From positions 32,001 through 96,000 of the forward strand of contig JAEOTB010000037.1 in the NCBI GenBank assembly GCA_016840065.1: 64,000 nucleotides of DNA, read 5' to 3'. A program made the translations under genes and the position numbers. Below are positions 9,761 to 20,394 of this stretch, in pieces. Source of the stretch: Candidatus Hermodarchaeota archaeon. GTDB lineage: Archaea > Asgardarchaeota > Hermodarchaeia > Hermodarchaeales > Hermodarchaeaceae. The notes below the pieces were generated by a model. The model was given only the letters and a program-made list of their open reading frames with translations, was not told where the DNA came from and searched no databases. The stretch's first letter is position 1. Every line of letters starts with the position of its first letter.

Positions 9761-10963
9761 TTGGCGCTTCGGGGTGTAGCTGTCGTATCGTTCATAGTCT
9801 TTACTATGATTATTTTCTTGAACATCGATACTCAAGTCTGGAGTTCGCAGGTTCTAGTTACGTTTGCCATAGAGGCCCGGAACTTCATAAGCACTCTAAT
9901 CTCAATTCTTTCCTGGTTATTTGGACAATTACTTGGATGGTTATTTGGTCTTGGACATGAAGAGCTGACACAGATTTATGAGGCGACCAATGCATACTTC
10001 GCAGCACTGGGGTTTGGTAGTGTTCGAACCCTTGACCAAGCCATCCCAGCATTTCTCAGCAGCCTCTACTACCTCGGTTTTCAGCTACTCTTTCTGGCAG
10101 CGATCCTTGCAGGCATATTATCCCTATTCCGAATCAGCGGGCGGCTCACATCAATGTGCTTTGTCTCAATGATAGGGCTAGCCATGCTCGGAGCTGCTGC
10201 CCCCTCACTAACATTTCTAGAAACCTCCACCAGCTTCTTTGGAGCCAACTGGAGTGCAGATTCGAGCATCTTCTTAGATCCCGGAGCATTCTTTACTTCC
10301 ACAATTTTCCTTGTATCGATAATTTGTTACATCTATCTTGAAGCATCATATCAGGTTGTTTATTTTCACTCGCTTCTTGAGCCTCCCTCCATTAGAGAGG
10401 TACAACTCCGACGTCAATTATCAAGGCTCCGAGCTGATGCAGAACGAGAGGTTCCAGTCAGGAGTGACGAAGAGATTCCTGTCCCCAAGGTACTTCAGCG
10501 GATGTTGGGTTCCGAAGCCTTTAGGGTGATGCGGGAGGTTATTGGAAGGAAATTACTGCGCCGCGAATGGCTAATTGAATTAGAAGAGGCTCATGAAATT
10601 CGGCGATTAAATTCCTTTGTAGATAATTTGTTTCGAGTTGACGTTGAAGCAGAGTTGACCTTAACTGCTCGTGCAGCTACTCCCTCGCTCTCAAAAATGG
10701 CGGTTCTCTCACTTGTTTCCACCGTGCTTCGTTTTGCAGGTATCATCGTTGTTGCCTACTTGTCCTTTTATCCACTTTTCTTCATTGGGAGCATTGCTCC
10801 CTCGGTCATAATAGAATCTATCGATTTCCAATTCCTTACTGAAAAAATCATTATCCTCCTTCTACCCTTGTGCTTACTCTTTCCTCTTGCTTCAACTATT
10901 ATCAGTCGTCTCCGTCAACGTAATTCCCAATCAGAGGACACTACAAGTCAATCACAACAATAG
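9761..10963 (+). CDS. Polytopic membrane protein, last gene of MoxR operon
   Basis: Several hydrophobic segments; true start may be ATT at 9743 behind GGAGGTGA. Confidence 0.7.
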   Translation: MALRGVAVVSFIVFTMIIFLNIDTQVWSSQVLVTFAIEARNFISTLISILSWLFGQLLGWLFGLGHEELTQIYEATNAYFAALGFGSVRTLDQAIPAFLSSLYYLGFQLLFLAAILAGILSLFRISGRLTSMCFVSMIGLAMLGAAAPSLTFLETSTSFFGANWSADSSIFLDPGAFFTSTIFLVSIICYIYLEASYQVVYFHSLLEPPSIREVQLRRQLSRLRADAEREVPVRSDEEIPVPKVLQRMLGSEAFRVMREVIGRKLLRREWLIELEEAHEIRRLNSFVDNLFRVDVEAELTLTARAATPSLSKMAVLSLVSTVLRFAGIIVVAYLSFYPLFFIGSIAPSVIIESIDFQFLTEKIIILLLPLCLLFPLASTIISRLRQRNSQSEDTTSQSQQ

Positions 10964-11420
10964 CTCGTTGTGATGCACTTTCAGCAACAGATACAGCTAG
11001 TTGGTGTACATTTGGGAACTCTTGTTTTAAAACCGACCCTAACTTTGTAGCAAGAATCTTTGCTAACTCTTCCGCAGTTGTTTCAATAACGTCTAGTACT
11101 AAGACATCCTTTGTCGGAAAGGAGTATTCCCTTTCAGGAGTTTTAACCTCGGTATGTTCTCCTCTAGTTGAGATTTTAATTTGAGAGGAGTGGGCTGGTA
11201 GAAGGAGCCGGTGGTCCCATTCTTTACACAATAATCGTAGATGCTCCTTTACGACACGGAAATCAACAACCATTCCTTGAGAGTCGATTTCACCACTTAT
11301 CCGGACTGAGACTTGGTAATTGTGCCCATGCAGTCGTTCACATTTACCTCCTTCACTAACAAAATGGCCTGCCGAGAAGTCGATGCCCGATACTTCTATC
11401 AAAGTCTCTTTAATCATCAC
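10941..11420 (-). CDS. queD: 6-carboxytetrahydropterin / 6-pyruvoyl-tetrahydropterin synthase
   Basis: FSAGHF..CERLHGHNY..GMVVDF..WDHR..TTAEELA. Confidence 0.85.
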   Translation of the reverse strand: MMIKETLIEVSGIDFSAGHFVSEGGKCERLHGHNYQVSVRISGEIDSQGMVVDFRVVKEHLRLLCKEWDHRLLLPAHSSQIKISTRGEHTEVKTPEREYSFPTKDVLVLDVIETTAEELAKILATKLGSVLKQEFPNVHQLAVSVAESASQRAIVVIDL

Positions 11421-11465
11421 TATTCACAACTGATTCTTTATACATCTATTTTGGTCTAAAGGGTA

Positions 11466-11498
11466 GAAAAAGAGGAGGGGAGCGCCCACCAGGGGCGC
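11466..11498 (-). terminator. Hairpin plus U-tract terminator after thermosome gene
   Basis: Minus strand GCGCCC-CTGGT-GGGCGC followed by a pyrimidine run ending TTTTT. Confidence 0.55.
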
Positions 11499-11502
11499 GG
11501 TT

Positions 11503-13173
11503 TTACATCATTCCTGGAGGCATACCACCCATTCCTGGAGGCATACCACCCATTCCAGGGGGCATACCACCGGGACCACCAGGAGGAGCTGCACTTCGTT
11601 TAGAAGCTATGACATCGTCGATTCGGAGAATAAGAGCAGCTGCCTCTGTAGCTGAACGGAGCGCGTGTGTTTTCACTCGTAAAGGTTCAATGACACCTGC
11701 CTGTAGCATATCCTTGGTTTTTCCTTCGAAGACATCCACACCGATATTCGTCTTGTTTGAACCGTGATCAGAGCGGAGTTCAACGATTATATCTATTGGA
11801 TCATGCCCAGCGTTCTCTGCTAATGTCTTGGGAATGATTTCCACTGCGTCAGCAAATTTCCTCACTGTTATCTGATCGCGTCCCTTGAGAGAACGGGCAT
11901 ACTCACGCAGGCGTGTTGCTACTTCGATTTCAGGCGCGCCACCACCTGGTACCACTTTGCCATCCTCAATGGCATCTCGAACAACGCAGATAGCGTCACG
12001 GAAGGCTCGCTCAGCTTCGTCAACAACTCTCTCAGTACCGCCACGAAGGAGGATACACACAGATTTTGGATCAGTGCATTCAACGACGAAGACCATCTTG
12101 TCATCACCGACTTTGCGCTCCTCTACGAGACCGCACTCACCTAAATCTTGAGCAGTCAGGTGAAGAACTGAAGAAACGGTACGCCCACCAGTAGCCCGGG
12201 CAAGCGCCTCCATATCGCTTTTCTTGATGCGACGGACAGCTAGAATACCTTCTTTAGCGAGGTAGTGTTGGACTTTATCATCAATACCTTTCTGGCAGAA
12301 AACCACGTTTGCACCTGTTTCCTTAATCTTATCTGCGATGTTTTTCAACATCCTTGCTTCCTCTTCGAGGAATGCCTTCATTTGTTCAGGATCAGTGATT
12401 CGGATTTCTGCATCCATCTCTGTCTTCTCGACTTCCAACGAAGCGTTGAGAAGTGCAATCTTGGCACCCTTAATCATCGTTGGCATTTCTGAATGGACAA
12501 CTTCTTTATCAATAATCAAACCCCGAATAAGTTGGGTCTCATCGAGTGAGCCACCCTCCTTCTTCTCCACCTTGATGTGATCGATGTCTGCAACAATTCC
12601 TTTCGGAGTTTTTTCAGCTATTTGCAGCACTGCATCAACGGCAATGGGACTAAGAGAGTCCACCTCAGAAAAGACTAGCTTGCTAGCCATCGAAGTGTTC
12701 ACAATTTGTAAGAGCTTTTCCCGGTCTTCCATTGAACAGGGAATACTCATACTTTCAAGAACTTCATCAGCTTTCTCAACCGCTTTCCTGTAACCAGAGA
12801 TGATTACAGAAGAATGGATGTTCAATGTCAACATTGTTTGCGCTTGCTTGAGAAGTTCACCACAGAGAATAACAGCGGTAGTGGTACCATCACCCACTTC
12901 AGCATCTTGAGCTTTTGCGACCTGCACTAGCATTTTGGCTGCTGGGTGCTGCACCTCAATCTCGTCGAGGATTGTAGCGCCGTCATTAGTAATTGTGACA
13001 TCTCCTAGGCTATCCACTAGCATCTTGTCTTGACCACGAGGTCCAAGTGATGAGCGGATAGCATCAGCCAAGGCGCGAATGGCCATGATGTTGTTATAGC
13101 GGGCATCCCGGCCGCGAGATCTTTCAGTACCTTCTTTCAGTATGATTACAGGTACTCCGGATAACTGAGACAT
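11503..13173 (-). CDS. ths: Thermosome (group II chaperonin) subunit
   Basis: [35 protein letters not shown]-terminal GGMPPGM repeats. Confidence 0.97.
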   Translation of the reverse strand: MSQLSGVPVIILKEGTERSRGRDARYNNIMAIRALADAIRSSLGPRGQDKMLVDSLGDVTITNDGATILDEIEVQHPAAKMLVQVAKAQDAEVGDGTTTAVILCGELLKQAQTMLTLNIHSSVIISGYRKAVEKADEVLESMSIPCSMEDREKLLQIVNTSMASKLVFSEVDSLSPIAVDAVLQIAEKTPKGIVADIDHIKVEKKEGGSLDETQLIRGLIIDKEVVHSEMPTMIKGAKIALLNASLEVEKTEMDAEIRITDPEQMKAFLEEEARMLKNIADKIKETGANVVFCQKGIDDKVQHYLAKEGILAVRRIKKSDMEALARATGGRTVSSVLHLTAQDLGECGLVEERKVGDDKMVFVVECTDPKSVCILLRGGTERVVDEAERAFRDAICVVRDAIEDGKVVPGGGAPEIEVATRLREYARSLKGRDQITVRKFADAVEIIPKTLAENAGHDPIDIIVELRSDHGSNKTNIGVDVFEGKTKDMLQAGVIEPLRVKTHALRSATEAAALILRIDDVIASKRSAAPPGGPGGMPPGMGGMPPGMGGMPPGMM

Positions 13174-13353
13174 TTTTATGGTTCCTCAATTAGCTTGAAT
13201 CGGTTCGGCAATCCTTGCACTTCAATAAAAGTCTTACGTAACTGCGACGAGGAAATGCTAATTCAGACTTCAATCTTGTACGTAGTAGTTAGCAATGACC
13301 CTCGATACATTATGTTGTCTTGGATTAGATAGTCCACGACGCCAGTTTCTTGT

Positions 13354-13956
13354 TTACAATTCGCTAAGAGATTCAAATTCCCAATCGGGGAATATATTGC
13401 GAAGCAGTTGCACGACTCCTCGAGACAGAAATACTATTTCCATCATAAATGCCATTGCAAGAATCTCAATCCATGCTTTTAGAGAAATCCCGAGAGCTAT
13501 AACAAACCCAGTGGCAGCATCTGGAGGCCAGCCGAATAATGGCATTACATTCACGAAGAGCCAGATGGTGAAGAAGCATTCAGGGATGTAGCTGACTGTT
13601 ACTGCTACTAGTGGGCGCTTTACATAGCGCTGGATGATACCGCAGAATCCTCCGGTTAACGCCTTCCCAAAAGGAAGAGCGATTAGACCAAAAACGCCTA
13701 GTTGTCCATGAGTAAAACCGAATGCGAATCCAGGATAAATCCCGACAATGGCTCCTGTAATTAAACCGACAAGTGGTCCACCAGGAATCGCAGCGAGGAA
13801 CGTTCCAACATGAGAGAAGTCTAGATCGATTCCTGGCGCTATAGAAGGTAGGAACTCGATAGTTATGATGGCTAGAGCTGTACCTAATGCAGCCATAATC
13901 GCGATATAAGCTATTGCCTTTGATGTGAGACGTCTTTCTGTCTTCAGCTTTGGCAT
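13354..13956 (-). CDS. ECF transporter substrate-binding S component
   Basis: IAYIAIMAAL, IDLDFSHV..GGPLVG pattern, about 6 TM segments, 200 aa. Confidence 0.75.
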   Translation of the reverse strand: MPKLKTERRLTSKAIAYIAIMAALGTALAIITIEFLPSIAPGIDLDFSHVGTFLAAIPGGPLVGLITGAIVGIYPGFAFGFTHGQLGVFGLIALPFGKALTGGFCGIIQRYVKRPLVAVTVSYIPECFFTIWLFVNVMPLFGWPPDAATGFVIALGISLKAWIEILAMAFMMEIVFLSRGVVQLLRNIFPDWEFESLSEL

Positions 13957-14098
13957 GGCGTTTCCTCCCGTTGAGAGTTATCTTTGGTTTGCTCTCCCTA
14001 TTTAAGAGATGCTACTCATCAAAGTGTATGAGTTGTTTGTAGAGTTAGGGAAAGTTATATCTGATTGTTTACCCGCGACTGAAGAGAGGTTGACTTCC

Positions 14099-15502
14099 AT
14101 GCCTACTTTTCGCCATCCATTCCTCCCCAATGCAGATGAGCAGCAGAAAGAAATGCTCGCCAAGCTGGGTATAACTACCGTCGAAGAGCTGTTCAAAGAT
14201 ATTCCTTCGAAATTCAAGTTTAAGGGAAAAATGAAAATCCCTGTAGGACTATCTGAAACAGAGGTCCGCCGCCATATTGAGAAACTTTTAGAGAAAAATT
14301 CAAACCCAGCTTCTTTTCTTAGTTTCCTAGGGGGTGGAGTCTGGCCTCATATGATTCCTGAGGTGGTTCATTCAGTCACAGGTCGTACTGAATTCTATAC
14401 AGCCTACACACCATATCAGGCCGAGATAAGTCAAGGTATGCTACAAGCACTCTTTGAGTACCAGAGTCTTATAGCGGAGCTTGTGGATCTTCCAGTAGTA
14501 AATGCTTCAATGTACGACTGGGCAAGCTCGCTAGGAGAAGCGGCGCTTATGACGCGACGCCTTACAAAGCGCTCCGCCTTCCTCATCCCCGAGTTCATCG
14601 CACCTAATCGGCGAGCAGTCCTAACTACTTACACAGCGCCAACTGATATTAAAATAAAGAGTGTACCCAGCGACCCAGTTCAAGGTAAAACTGATTTAGA
14701 GCAACTAAAGGAGAAGATGAACAGCAATGTTGCGGGCATTTATATTGAGAACCCCGCATATTTAGGATACTTGGAGCCAGATGTCGATGCAATTGCCGAA
14801 ATAGCACATGACTCTGGTGCATTGTTTGTTGTAGGTGTAGATCCTATTTCATTGGGGATTATTCGTCCCCCAGGCAATTATGACGCTGATATTGTAATCG
14901 GGGAGGGGCAGCCACTAGGCAATAACGTATACTTTGGTGGATCCCTGTTGGGTCTATTTGCCTGTAAGGATGACCGGAAAATATTGCGCCAGATGCCTGG
15001 AAGACTAATTGGATTGACCACCACAAAAGAGGGAGACAAAAGGGGATTTGTGATGACATTGCAAGCTCGAGAACAACATATACGGCGTGAGCGTGCAACA
15101 TCGAACATCTGTTCAAATCAAGCCCTTTGTGCTGTAGCAGCAGCTGCTTACCTTTGCACCCTAGGACCCACAGGGCTTCGGAAATTAGGAGAACGGATAA
15201 TGCAGTTGCGGCATTACACTGAACAAAAACTATCCCGTGTTGAAGGGATTCTAGCACCACGGTTTCAGGCTTCACACTTCAAGGAGTTCGTATTTTCACT
15301 TGACGAAGCCACAGCCAAGCGATTCTCTATTCAAAAAATGATGGCCAAAATTAGCCAAGAGAGAATTCAAGGTGGAATTCCATTGAACAAGGAGTTCCCC
15401 AAGTTGAAGGAATCCGCGCTAGTTTGCGTCACTGAACTCCAAACTAAGGAGTCCATCGATAAATTTACCGCGTCAATTCAGCAAATCCTGGAGGTGAACT
15501 AA
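14099..15502 (+). CDS. gcvPA: Glycine dehydrogenase (decarboxylating) subunit 1
   Basis: FLGGG, EFYTAYTPYQAEISQG, NASMYD, REQHIRRERATSNICSNQAL; start moved to ATG 14099 behind GAGAGGT. Confidence 0.96.
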   Translation: MPTFRHPFLPNADEQQKEMLAKLGITTVEELFKDIPSKFKFKGKMKIPVGLSETEVRRHIEKLLEKNSNPASFLSFLGGGVWPHMIPEVVHSVTGRTEFYTAYTPYQAEISQGMLQALFEYQSLIAELVDLPVVNASMYDWASSLGEAALMTRRLTKRSAFLIPEFIAPNRRAVLTTYTAPTDIKIKSVPSDPVQGKTDLEQLKEKMNSNVAGIYIENPAYLGYLEPDVDAIAEIAHDSGALFVVGVDPISLGIIRPPGNYDADIVIGEGQPLGNNVYFGGSLLGLFACKDDRKILRQMPGRLIGLTTTKEGDKRGFVMTLQAREQHIRRERATSNICSNQALCAVAAAAYLCTLGPTGLRKLGERIMQLRHYTEQKLSRVEGILAPRFQASHFKEFVFSLDEATAKRFSIQKMMAKISQERIQGGIPLNKEFPKLKESALVCVTELQTKESIDKFTASIQQILEVN

Positions 15503-15505
15503 CTA

Positions 15506-17044
15506 ATGACCGAGTTCCGTCAAGCGCGTTGGAAAGAACCACTAATTTTCGAGCGATCGACCCCAGGAACCATAGCTTATTCTTTGCCCACGGTCGAAAG
15601 AGAAGTGCAGGCAGCTTTACCTAAGCCGATGGAGTCTATTCCCAAGAGCTTGAGGCGTCGGACACCGCTAGAACTCCCAGAACTTTCGGAACCAGAGGTC
15701 TTGCAGCACTTTGTTCGTCTTTCACAGATGAATTACTGTGTGGATTTAGGGCTGTATCCATTAGGCAGCTGCACGATGAAATATAACCCTCCAATTAACG
15801 AGCGAATCGTACAAAATCCTAATTTCTCCCTTCTACACCCACATCAAGATGACTCGGATATTCAGGGGATTTTACAGATTCTCTACGAGTTACAGCAATG
15901 GCTTGGAGAGATTACAGGAATGAATCAAATCTCTCTTCAACCCGCAGCAGGCGCCCATGGCGAATTTGCGGGAGCTCTTATTATCAGGGCATACCATGCG
16001 GAACATGATGAACTAGCAACAAGACGAGAAATTATTATTCCAGACTCGGCTCATGGAACTAATCCTGCCAGTGCAGCAATGGCTGGTTTTGACGTTGTTG
16101 TTGTTCCCTCAAACAAAGAGGGGCAGGTGGATTTGCAAGCACTCAAGTCTGCCGTGTCCGAAAGAACCGCTGGATTGATGTTAACTAATCCTAACACCCT
16201 TGGTCTCTTCGAACAAAATATCGAGTCTATCGCGAAAATCATACATGACGCGGGAGGGCTCCTCTATTATGATGGCGCGAATCTAAATGCTACTCTAGGA
16301 CGTGTGCGCCCAGGGGACATGGGATTTGATATTGTACACTTAAATCTCCACAAGACCTTTGCTACGCCTCATGGCGGCGGCGGACCTGGTGCGGGACCAA
16401 TAGGCGTTAAGGAATCATTATCACCATTCTTACCCATTCCAATCGTTTCCTATGATGGAACTAGGTATTATCTTGATGAAGAACGTCCAAAGACAATCGG
16501 GCGCGTTCATGGGTTTCTGGGTAATATCCCTGTACTGGTGAAAGCATATGCCTATATTCTGCAAATGGGAAGAAGAGGGTTGAAAGCTGTAGCAGAGCAC
16601 GCTGTCCTTAATGCAAACTATATCATGAATAGCCTAAAGAATGTAAAAGGCTACTCTATCCCTTTTGCACCAGATACTTGGCGAATGCACGAAGTAGTGA
16701 TTAGCGCAAAGCCCTTACTACGCGAGACAGGTGTTAGTGCTCGTGATGTAGCGAAAGCACTCCTAGATCGCGGACTTCATGCACCAACATTCTATTTCCC
16801 AGCGATTGTTGATCAAGCGCTTATGATTGAACCAACAGAAACCTTCAGTAAGGATGAATTGGATCGCTTCATAGAAGCACTCAAGGAAATCTCGAATCTC
16901 GCTTATGATAATCCTGCCATGATTCTCAAAAGCCCCCAGCATACAGCAACGAGTCGCTTACATGAGGCCAAGGCAGCTCACCCACGTACAATGGCACTAT
17001 CTTGGAGAATGTACCAAAAGCGGCTAAGGTCAAAACCCAGTTAG
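15506..17044 (+). CDS. gcvPB: Glycine dehydrogenase (decarboxylating) subunit 2
   Basis: YPLGSCTMKYNP, QPAAGAHGE, SAHGTNPASA, HLNLHKTFATPHGGGGPG. Confidence 0.96.
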   Translation: MTEFRQARWKEPLIFERSTPGTIAYSLPTVEREVQAALPKPMESIPKSLRRRTPLELPELSEPEVLQHFVRLSQMNYCVDLGLYPLGSCTMKYNPPINERIVQNPNFSLLHPHQDDSDIQGILQILYELQQWLGEITGMNQISLQPAAGAHGEFAGALIIRAYHAEHDELATRREIIIPDSAHGTNPASAAMAGFDVVVVPSNKEGQVDLQALKSAVSERTAGLMLTNPNTLGLFEQNIESIAKIIHDAGGLLYYDGANLNATLGRVRPGDMGFDIVHLNLHKTFATPHGGGGPGAGPIGVKESLSPFLPIPIVSYDGTRYYLDEERPKTIGRVHGFLGNIPVLVKAYAYILQMGRRGLKAVAEHAVLNANYIMNSLKNVKGYSIPFAPDTWRMHEVVISAKPLLRETGVSARDVAKALLDRGLHAPTFYFPAIVDQALMIEPTETFSKDELDRFIEALKEISNLAYDNPAMILKSPQHTATSRLHEAKAAHPRTMALSWRMYQKRLRSKPS

Positions 17045-17105
17045 GCTGAATTCCTAGTAATACCTCAAACAGCAGATACAACCTATTAGAAGGGGTTCAG
17101 TAGGG

Positions 17106-17837
17106 CTAACCGCGTTTCTTACGTCCAGTTCTCTTAGGAGCTATCAACCCAACTTTACGACCTGGCGGAGTAGTACGCGCTACCGAACTCGGACCACCTG
17201 GGCGCTGCTTGGCCCCGCCGCCGTGTGGATGCGAACACGCGTTCATTGCTACTCCTCGAACTTTCGGATAAGTGTGACCCTTGGCTCGTTTCATTTTGTG
17301 TTTGCTGCCTGCCTTAACGAAGGGTTTCTCGAGGCGTCCACCACCAGAGACTACCCCTATACTCGCTCGGCAAGTGGAACTAAATGCTCTAGTTTTTCCG
17401 GAGGGAAGACGTACAAAGGTTTTACCATGACCTCGGGTCATAATTGTGGCGTATGTTCCCCCAGCCCGAACGAATTTCCCGCCATCGCCTGGCTGTCCTT
17501 CGATATTGAAGATTGGAGTACCTTCAGGAATCTTGCCCAAGGGGAGTATGTGACCTGCCCGTACACCAGCTTTTGGACCTATGCGAATTTGTTGACCAAC
17601 TGCTGTGCCTTCAGGCACCAGAGCTAGATATGTATCTCCGCTCTCTAACCGAAGGAGGGCAATAGGACAACCTCGCCCAGGCTCATGTTGCAGATCCTCT
17701 ACGATTGCGTTGAGATAGCCCTTTCGATCCATTAAAACGAGAGGAGGGTACTTCACTGCGCCGCGTCTGCGGTGAGTAAGCGCCCTAAAGGTAGGACTTC
17801 CACGACCCCGGCGTTGCACGTATATTCTTTTACCCAT
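17106..17837 (-). CDS. rpl2: 50S ribosomal protein L2
   Basis: MGKRIYVQRRGRGSPTF, VRGVAMNACSHPHGGG, PPGRKVG. Confidence 0.98.
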   Translation of the reverse strand: MGKRIYVQRRGRGSPTFRALTHRRRGAVKYPPLVLMDRKGYLNAIVEDLQHEPGRGCPIALLRLESGDTYLALVPEGTAVGQQIRIGPKAGVRAGHILPLGKIPEGTPIFNIEGQPGDGGKFVRAGGTYATIMTRGHGKTFVRLPSGKTRAFSSTCRASIGVVSGGGRLEKPFVKAGSKHKMKRAKGHTYPKVRGVAMNACSHPHGGGAKQRPGGPSSVARTTPPGRKVGLIAPKRTGRKKRG

Positions 17838-17855
17838 TTTTTATTCCTCCAACTA

Positions 17856-18122
17856 CTAGAAGAGTCCTAGCTTGACTGCCAAGTCAGCTGCATTGTGTTC
17901 AGGAGCGAGTTTAACCAAGGCTTTCTTCCGCCCCTGCGGCGTAATCATGGTGTTAACCTTGATTACTTTTACCTCGTATAACTCTTCAATTGCTTGTCGA
18001 ATTTGACCCTTTGTAGCGGTTCTGCGAACTAGGAATGTCAAGCGGTTCTCGCGCTCTACAATCTCAGACGCTCTTTCGGTAATCATCATCCGAATTATTA
18101 CACGATACGGATCCACTTTCAT
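17856..18122 (-). CDS. rpl23: 50S ribosomal protein L23
   Basis: ENRLTFLV..ATKGQI..VIKVNTMITPQGRKKALVKL. Confidence 0.96.
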   Translation of the reverse strand: MKVDPYRVIIRMMITERASEIVERENRLTFLVRRTATKGQIRQAIEELYEVKVIKVNTMITPQGRKKALVKLAPEHNAADLAVKLGLF

Positions 18123-18907
18123 TCACTTCCAAAGAGACCTTTTCCTAGTTGTGTAATGGCGGATTTCGTCCAAAGTGTTAATCTGCCTGGATGCGTGCCT
18201 GGAGCAAGCAGTTCAGCATTCAACTTTGTTACATATTCTATGTTAACACCTGAAAGGTTTCCTGCTGCCCTCCGAATCCCTTTGTCTTCAGATATCACTA
18301 TAAGTGGTCCTACGGGACGCCGATACTTCCGACCTCTCCTTCGTGCTGCGCCGCCTCGAATTTTGACTCCAGTTTTGGATCTAAGGACATCGCCCCAAAT
18401 GCCGAGTGCTTCAAAGACAGCTTTCACCTCAACAGTTGTTTGGAGTCCCTGTAATTTATCCTCGACTACGAGAGGAAGTTCCTCAGAAGTGAAGATATGT
18501 CCCCGAGCCTTCACTAGATCACTTCTCGCTGTAGCAGCGATAGCGGAGCGAATGGCTAAACGCCGTTCCTTTTTATTGATCCGTTCTAAGGGGTTCTTCG
18601 CTGACTCAGGTGGGTGGGTGCGCCTCCCACCAACGGTCGATGGCGCAAATGCTGCATGTTGAGCTGATTGATATCCGCCACCTTTTCTGCGAGGAATTCG
18701 TGACCGTCCATGACCAACCCCCCAACTCTCAGCACTGGTTCTCTTGCCAGCCCTTGGATCAACACCCTTTCGTTGATAGCCTGCAGATTGTTGTGCTAAC
18801 ACTGCACGTCGGATTATATCGCGTCTTAATGGCGTTTCAAATATTGACGCGAGTTTCACTGTTCCCTTACTTTCGCCATCCAATGAGAGAACTTTCACGC
18901 TAGCCAT
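18119..18907 (-). CDS. rpl4: 50S ribosomal protein L4
   Basis: TSAESWGVGHGRSRIPR, VGGRRTHPP, LLAPGTHPGRLTLWT; ATG 18907 behind GGAGG. Confidence 0.97.
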   Translation of the reverse strand: MASVKVLSLDGESKGTVKLASIFETPLRRDIIRRAVLAQQSAGYQRKGVDPRAGKRTSAESWGVGHGRSRIPRRKGGGYQSAQHAAFAPSTVGGRRTHPPESAKNPLERINKKERRLAIRSAIAATARSDLVKARGHIFTSEELPLVVEDKLQGLQTTVEVKAVFEALGIWGDVLRSKTGVKIRGGAARRRGRKYRRPVGPLIVISEDKGIRRAAGNLSGVNIEYVTKLNAELLAPGTHPGRLTLWTKSAITQLGKGLFGSE

Positions 18908-18927
18908 TTCTCTTGCCTCCACTTCAT

Positions 18928-19929
18928 CTATTTCTTGGGCTTGGTGCTGATGTACAGAAGGTCTGGGGCCTTATCGGGAATTGCTGATGGCCGTATTGGA
19001 GCACGAAGACGAACAAGACGTTTTGCTGGTCCTGGAATGGACCCGTCAATTATCAAGGAATCTGAACGAAGTGTTCCGTAATGTGGGAATCCTCCAGATG
19101 GTGTGATGTCATCGCTTTTCTCACCGATTCTAAAGATGAACTTGTTATATTCGGTTCGCTGATGGTAACCCATCTGGCCACCTCTAGGACAGGTATACAT
19201 GATGCGTCCAGGAGTCCATGGACCTAGAGTACCAACCGCGCGTACTCGCTTCCGAGACTTGTGAGGAAGTTTCGCAACTCCGAACCGTTTTACGACACCT
19301 TGCCAACCCTTTCCTTTGGTTATTGCGGTCACATCAACATACGTCCCAGGTGTGAATAAGTCGCGAACCCGGATTTCTTGACCCAAGAGCTTCTTTGCAT
19401 ACTCAATCCGCTCAGGGATTTCGCCGCCAGCTACCGCGCATTCAATAATTTCAGGTTTCTTTCTACTGACCCCTGCTTGTCGCGGCTGAGTAGTTAGGAG
19501 AACCCTAATTTCATCAAACTTGTCCTGCATCTTTGTGAATTTTTCAAGCGCAGCCTTAGCGTCATACTTGTCTGGCCATTGAAGTAGTCGTTGGAAATCC
19601 TTTGGCATCTTTTCCGCCCAGCATTCGCTAGCCACTCTTAGTTTCTGTTCGATTAGCCGATATCCACGGATAGCTGCTACTAGCATAGGCGGTGTATCAA
19701 CAATAGTCACCGCACGAGAGATTTCCCGCCCATACCAAGGGCTCGTTGGCCTATTATCAGTAACAATAACGTGAGTCATCCCCACCTTATACCCTGCAAA
19801 GCCTATGATTTTAGGGTCTCCCGACTGGCTTGGCCAAGTACGTATCCGCCCTGTGATTCGGGTTGCACGCTTGCGAGGGCGGTGGGTAAGGCTTCCATGG
19901 CGCGGAGCGTGTTGCTTACGATGACCCAT
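18928..19929 (-). CDS. rpl3: 50S ribosomal protein L3
   Basis: APRHGSL..PRKRA, GYKVGMTH, TKGKGWQGVVKRFG, GQMGYHQRTEYNK. Confidence 0.98.
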   Translation of the reverse strand: MGHRKQHAPRHGSLTHRPRKRATRITGRIRTWPSQSGDPKIIGFAGYKVGMTHVIVTDNRPTSPWYGREISRAVTIVDTPPMLVAAIRGYRLIEQKLRVASECWAEKMPKDFQRLLQWPDKYDAKAALEKFTKMQDKFDEIRVLLTTQPRQAGVSRKKPEIIECAVAGGEIPERIEYAKKLLGQEIRVRDLFTPGTYVDVTAITKGKGWQGVVKRFGVAKLPHKSRKRVRAVGTLGPWTPGRIMYTCPRGGQMGYHQRTEYNKFIFRIGEKSDDITPSGGFPHYGTLRSDSLIIDGSIPGPAKRLVRLRAPIRPSAIPDKAPDLLYISTKPKK

Positions 19930-20020
19930 TGACACCAACACCTAGAGTGCTTGATTTTTGCATTCAGAACTCGGTTTAATTGTATAGTCCCCGAGTGACT
20001 GCCTCGAAGCTGACCACATC

Positions 20021-20034
20021 ATTTAAGCTTTTCG
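20021..20034 (-). promoter_or_regulatory. BRE-TATA promoter of rpl3 operon
   Basis: Minus strand CGAAAAGCTTAAAT about 90 nt upstream of the rpl3 ATG. Confidence 0.6.
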
Positions 20035-20170
20035 ACAAGAGAACGAGTGATACACTGCTTCAAGAGATTGTACGAGTAGCAATTACTCAAATATACTCCT
20101 TCCATTCCAAGACCAATATTGCTTTAAACATCGATTATTAATCAAAATGAGCACAGTCCAAAAAGCATGA

Positions 20171-20290
20171 GCCGGGATAGCCCAGTGGTACGGCGCGGGC
20201 CTTGAGTGGCGAAGGTAACAAGTTCCTCCTTTTCCCCTGCTAGCCCGTGACTTTATAGTCTCGGGGGTTCAAATCCCTCTCCCGGCGCCA
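20171..20290 (+). tRNA. tRNA-Ser(UGA) with 35-nt intron at canonical 37/38 position (20207-20241)
   Basis: Acceptor GCCGGGA/TCCCGGC, G73, encoded CCA; anticodon stem CGGGC/GCCCG with CT-TGA-G^A; long variable arm GACT-TTAT-AGTC; T loop TTCAAAT. Confidence 0.93.
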
Positions 20291-20394
20291 CTCTCAACGA
20301 CTCGTTGTGCTTGTTTACAAATCTGCTAAACATTGAATATATAATTACAAATTAATCGCGAAATATCAGTCATTAAGCTGGGATTGGGTGTAGA

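Noticed and set aside
9726-9765. Possible intron linking ATG 9726 to the 9761 ORF
   Set aside because: Only a weak hairpin with no central helix; an SD-led ATT start is simpler
11509-11575. 21-nt tandem repeats that could suggest a CRISPR or VNTR
   Set aside because: They encode the usual GGMPPGM chaperonin tail; there are no spacers
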